Made by a program: the position numbers and the translations under genes. The notes below the pieces were generated by a model. That model saw only the letters and a list, made by a program, of their open reading frames with translations. It was not told the origin of the DNA and ran no database searches. From contig NC_135804.1 in NCBI RefSeq assembly GCF_964213995.1, positions 20,956,001 to 21,020,000 of the forward strand: a stretch of DNA of 64,000 nucleotides. The letters run 5' to 3'. Positions within the stretch are counted from its first letter, which is position 1. Each line of letters starts with the position of its first letter. The DNA comes from Mustelus asterias (taxonomy: Eukaryota). Positions 63,000 to 64,000 of the stretch are shown here, piece by piece.

Positions 63000-63468
63000 A
63001 GAAAAGATTCATGGGAATAGTTCCTGGGATGAGGAACTTTACTTATGAAGAGATGTTGGAGACATTGGAAATATTTTCCTTAGAGAAAAGAAGGCGGAGA
63101 GTAGATTTAACAGAGGTATTCAAAATCATGAGGTTCTGGAGAGAGAGTAGATAGGGAGAAACTGTTCCACGTGTGAAAGGATCAATGAGAAGGCACAGGT
63201 TTAAAGTAATTTATAAAAGAAGCAAAAGCCATACAAGGAAAAACTTTTTCACGCAGCGAGCGATTAGGGTCTCAAATGTAATGCCTGAGATTGTGGTGGG
63301 GTTAGGTTCAATTGAAGCATTTAAGGACAATTTTCCAAAAAGAAAAAATGTGCACGGTTAGGGAGAGAAGTCGGAGGACTGGCACTGGATGAGTTTCTCG
63401 TTCTGAGAGCTGGTGCAGACATGATGGGCCAAATGGCCTCCCTCCGTGCTGTTACAATTTTGTGATCC
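63000..63468 (+). mobile_element. Decayed CR1 LINE 3' end
   Basis: QKRF....PGM..FTYEE.L..L..FSLEKRR...DL.EVFKIM; RKNFFTQR. Confidence 0.78.
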
Positions 63469-63473
63469 ATTAC

Positions 63474-63621
63474 CTGGCTTGATATTTGGTATCTTCACAA
63501 ACAGGTACTTTGTTTTGCCTTTCTCAGCTATAGAGGTGCCCATATTGTAAGTGTTTCCATTCCTATCATAATGTGGATGAGATGTCGCCAGGTTCAGAGG
63601 AAGATATTTTCTGTAGTCAAC
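63474..63621 (-). CDS. BCO1: BCO1 coding exon (equivalent to human exon 5); upstream exons lie beyond the right edge
   Basis: VDYRKYLPLNLATSHPHYDRNGNTYNMGTSIAEKGKTKYLFVKIPNIKP, containing the first Fe-ligand His (SHPH). tag|...G|gtaatg, 148 nt. Confidence 0.95.
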
Positions 63622-64000
63622 CTATATAAATAGGCCAAAGGTAAATTAAACCAATCTTCACCTCTGAAGATGCACTGTCATTTACTGTTTTATAACACAC
63701 ACCTCTTCATTATTGTGCACTTGAAACATTGTTTTAGTATAAGTTCAATTGGAGGTTATTAGAACGCATCGAGAAATGAAAAATTAAAGCTATTTATGAA
63801 GATTCTGACAACAAAAATGATGGCACATGGTGCTAAGTACAATCCCATGAAACCAAAGGGACACAGAGACATAAAACTGAGTAGTGGTGAAATTTGCAGC
63901 CTTCCTGAAGGATTCCAATTGTTTTCCTACTTCTGTGCTATACTTCAAGCTTCTAATATGTCTGTACCATATTATAACACCTGTAAAAGTGAAGTATAGG

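Noticed and set aside
41256-63621. Alternative call as RPE65 or BCO2
   Set aside because: LATSHPHYD, NMGTSI.EKGKTKY, LDILKMATAY and HLDLHG match BCO1. A bco1-like paralogue cannot be fully excluded without a tree.

Overview
Eukaryotic, repeat-rich vertebrate DNA, almost certainly from a shark or other elasmobranch (HE1/V-type SINEs, CR1/HER1-type LINEs, Penelope-like and PIF/Harbinger elements). Two spliced genes lie in tandem on the minus strand. BCO1 (beta-carotene 15,15'-oxygenase) contributes its last seven coding exons, from 63621 down to the stop at 41256, with all four Fe-binding His motifs. About 18 kb further on, PKD1L2 contributes its first six coding exons (23386 to 184: signal peptide, C-type lectin, SUEL lectin, PKD-like domain) and runs off the left edge. 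All exon junctions were checked by hand for GT-AG and phase. Most other ORFs in the track are repeat-derived or chance. The most notable non-genic structures are: (1) a 1.1 kb Penelope-like GIY-YIG insertion made of two inverted arms with a 12-bp TSD, carrying one intact and one mutated minimal hammerhead-ribozyme core, plus a smaller insertion of the same design and several other hammerhead-like cores; (2) three copies of a CpG-rich Harbinger-type MITE with 3-bp TSDs, whose internal array of repeats and C-tracts varies from about 6 to about 14 units, near decayed Harbinger transposase and Myb/SANT genes; (3) two unrelated fold-back palindromes (about 170 and 500 bp). No prokaryotic system or CRISPR array is present. 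Repeat boundaries without a stated TSD are approximate.
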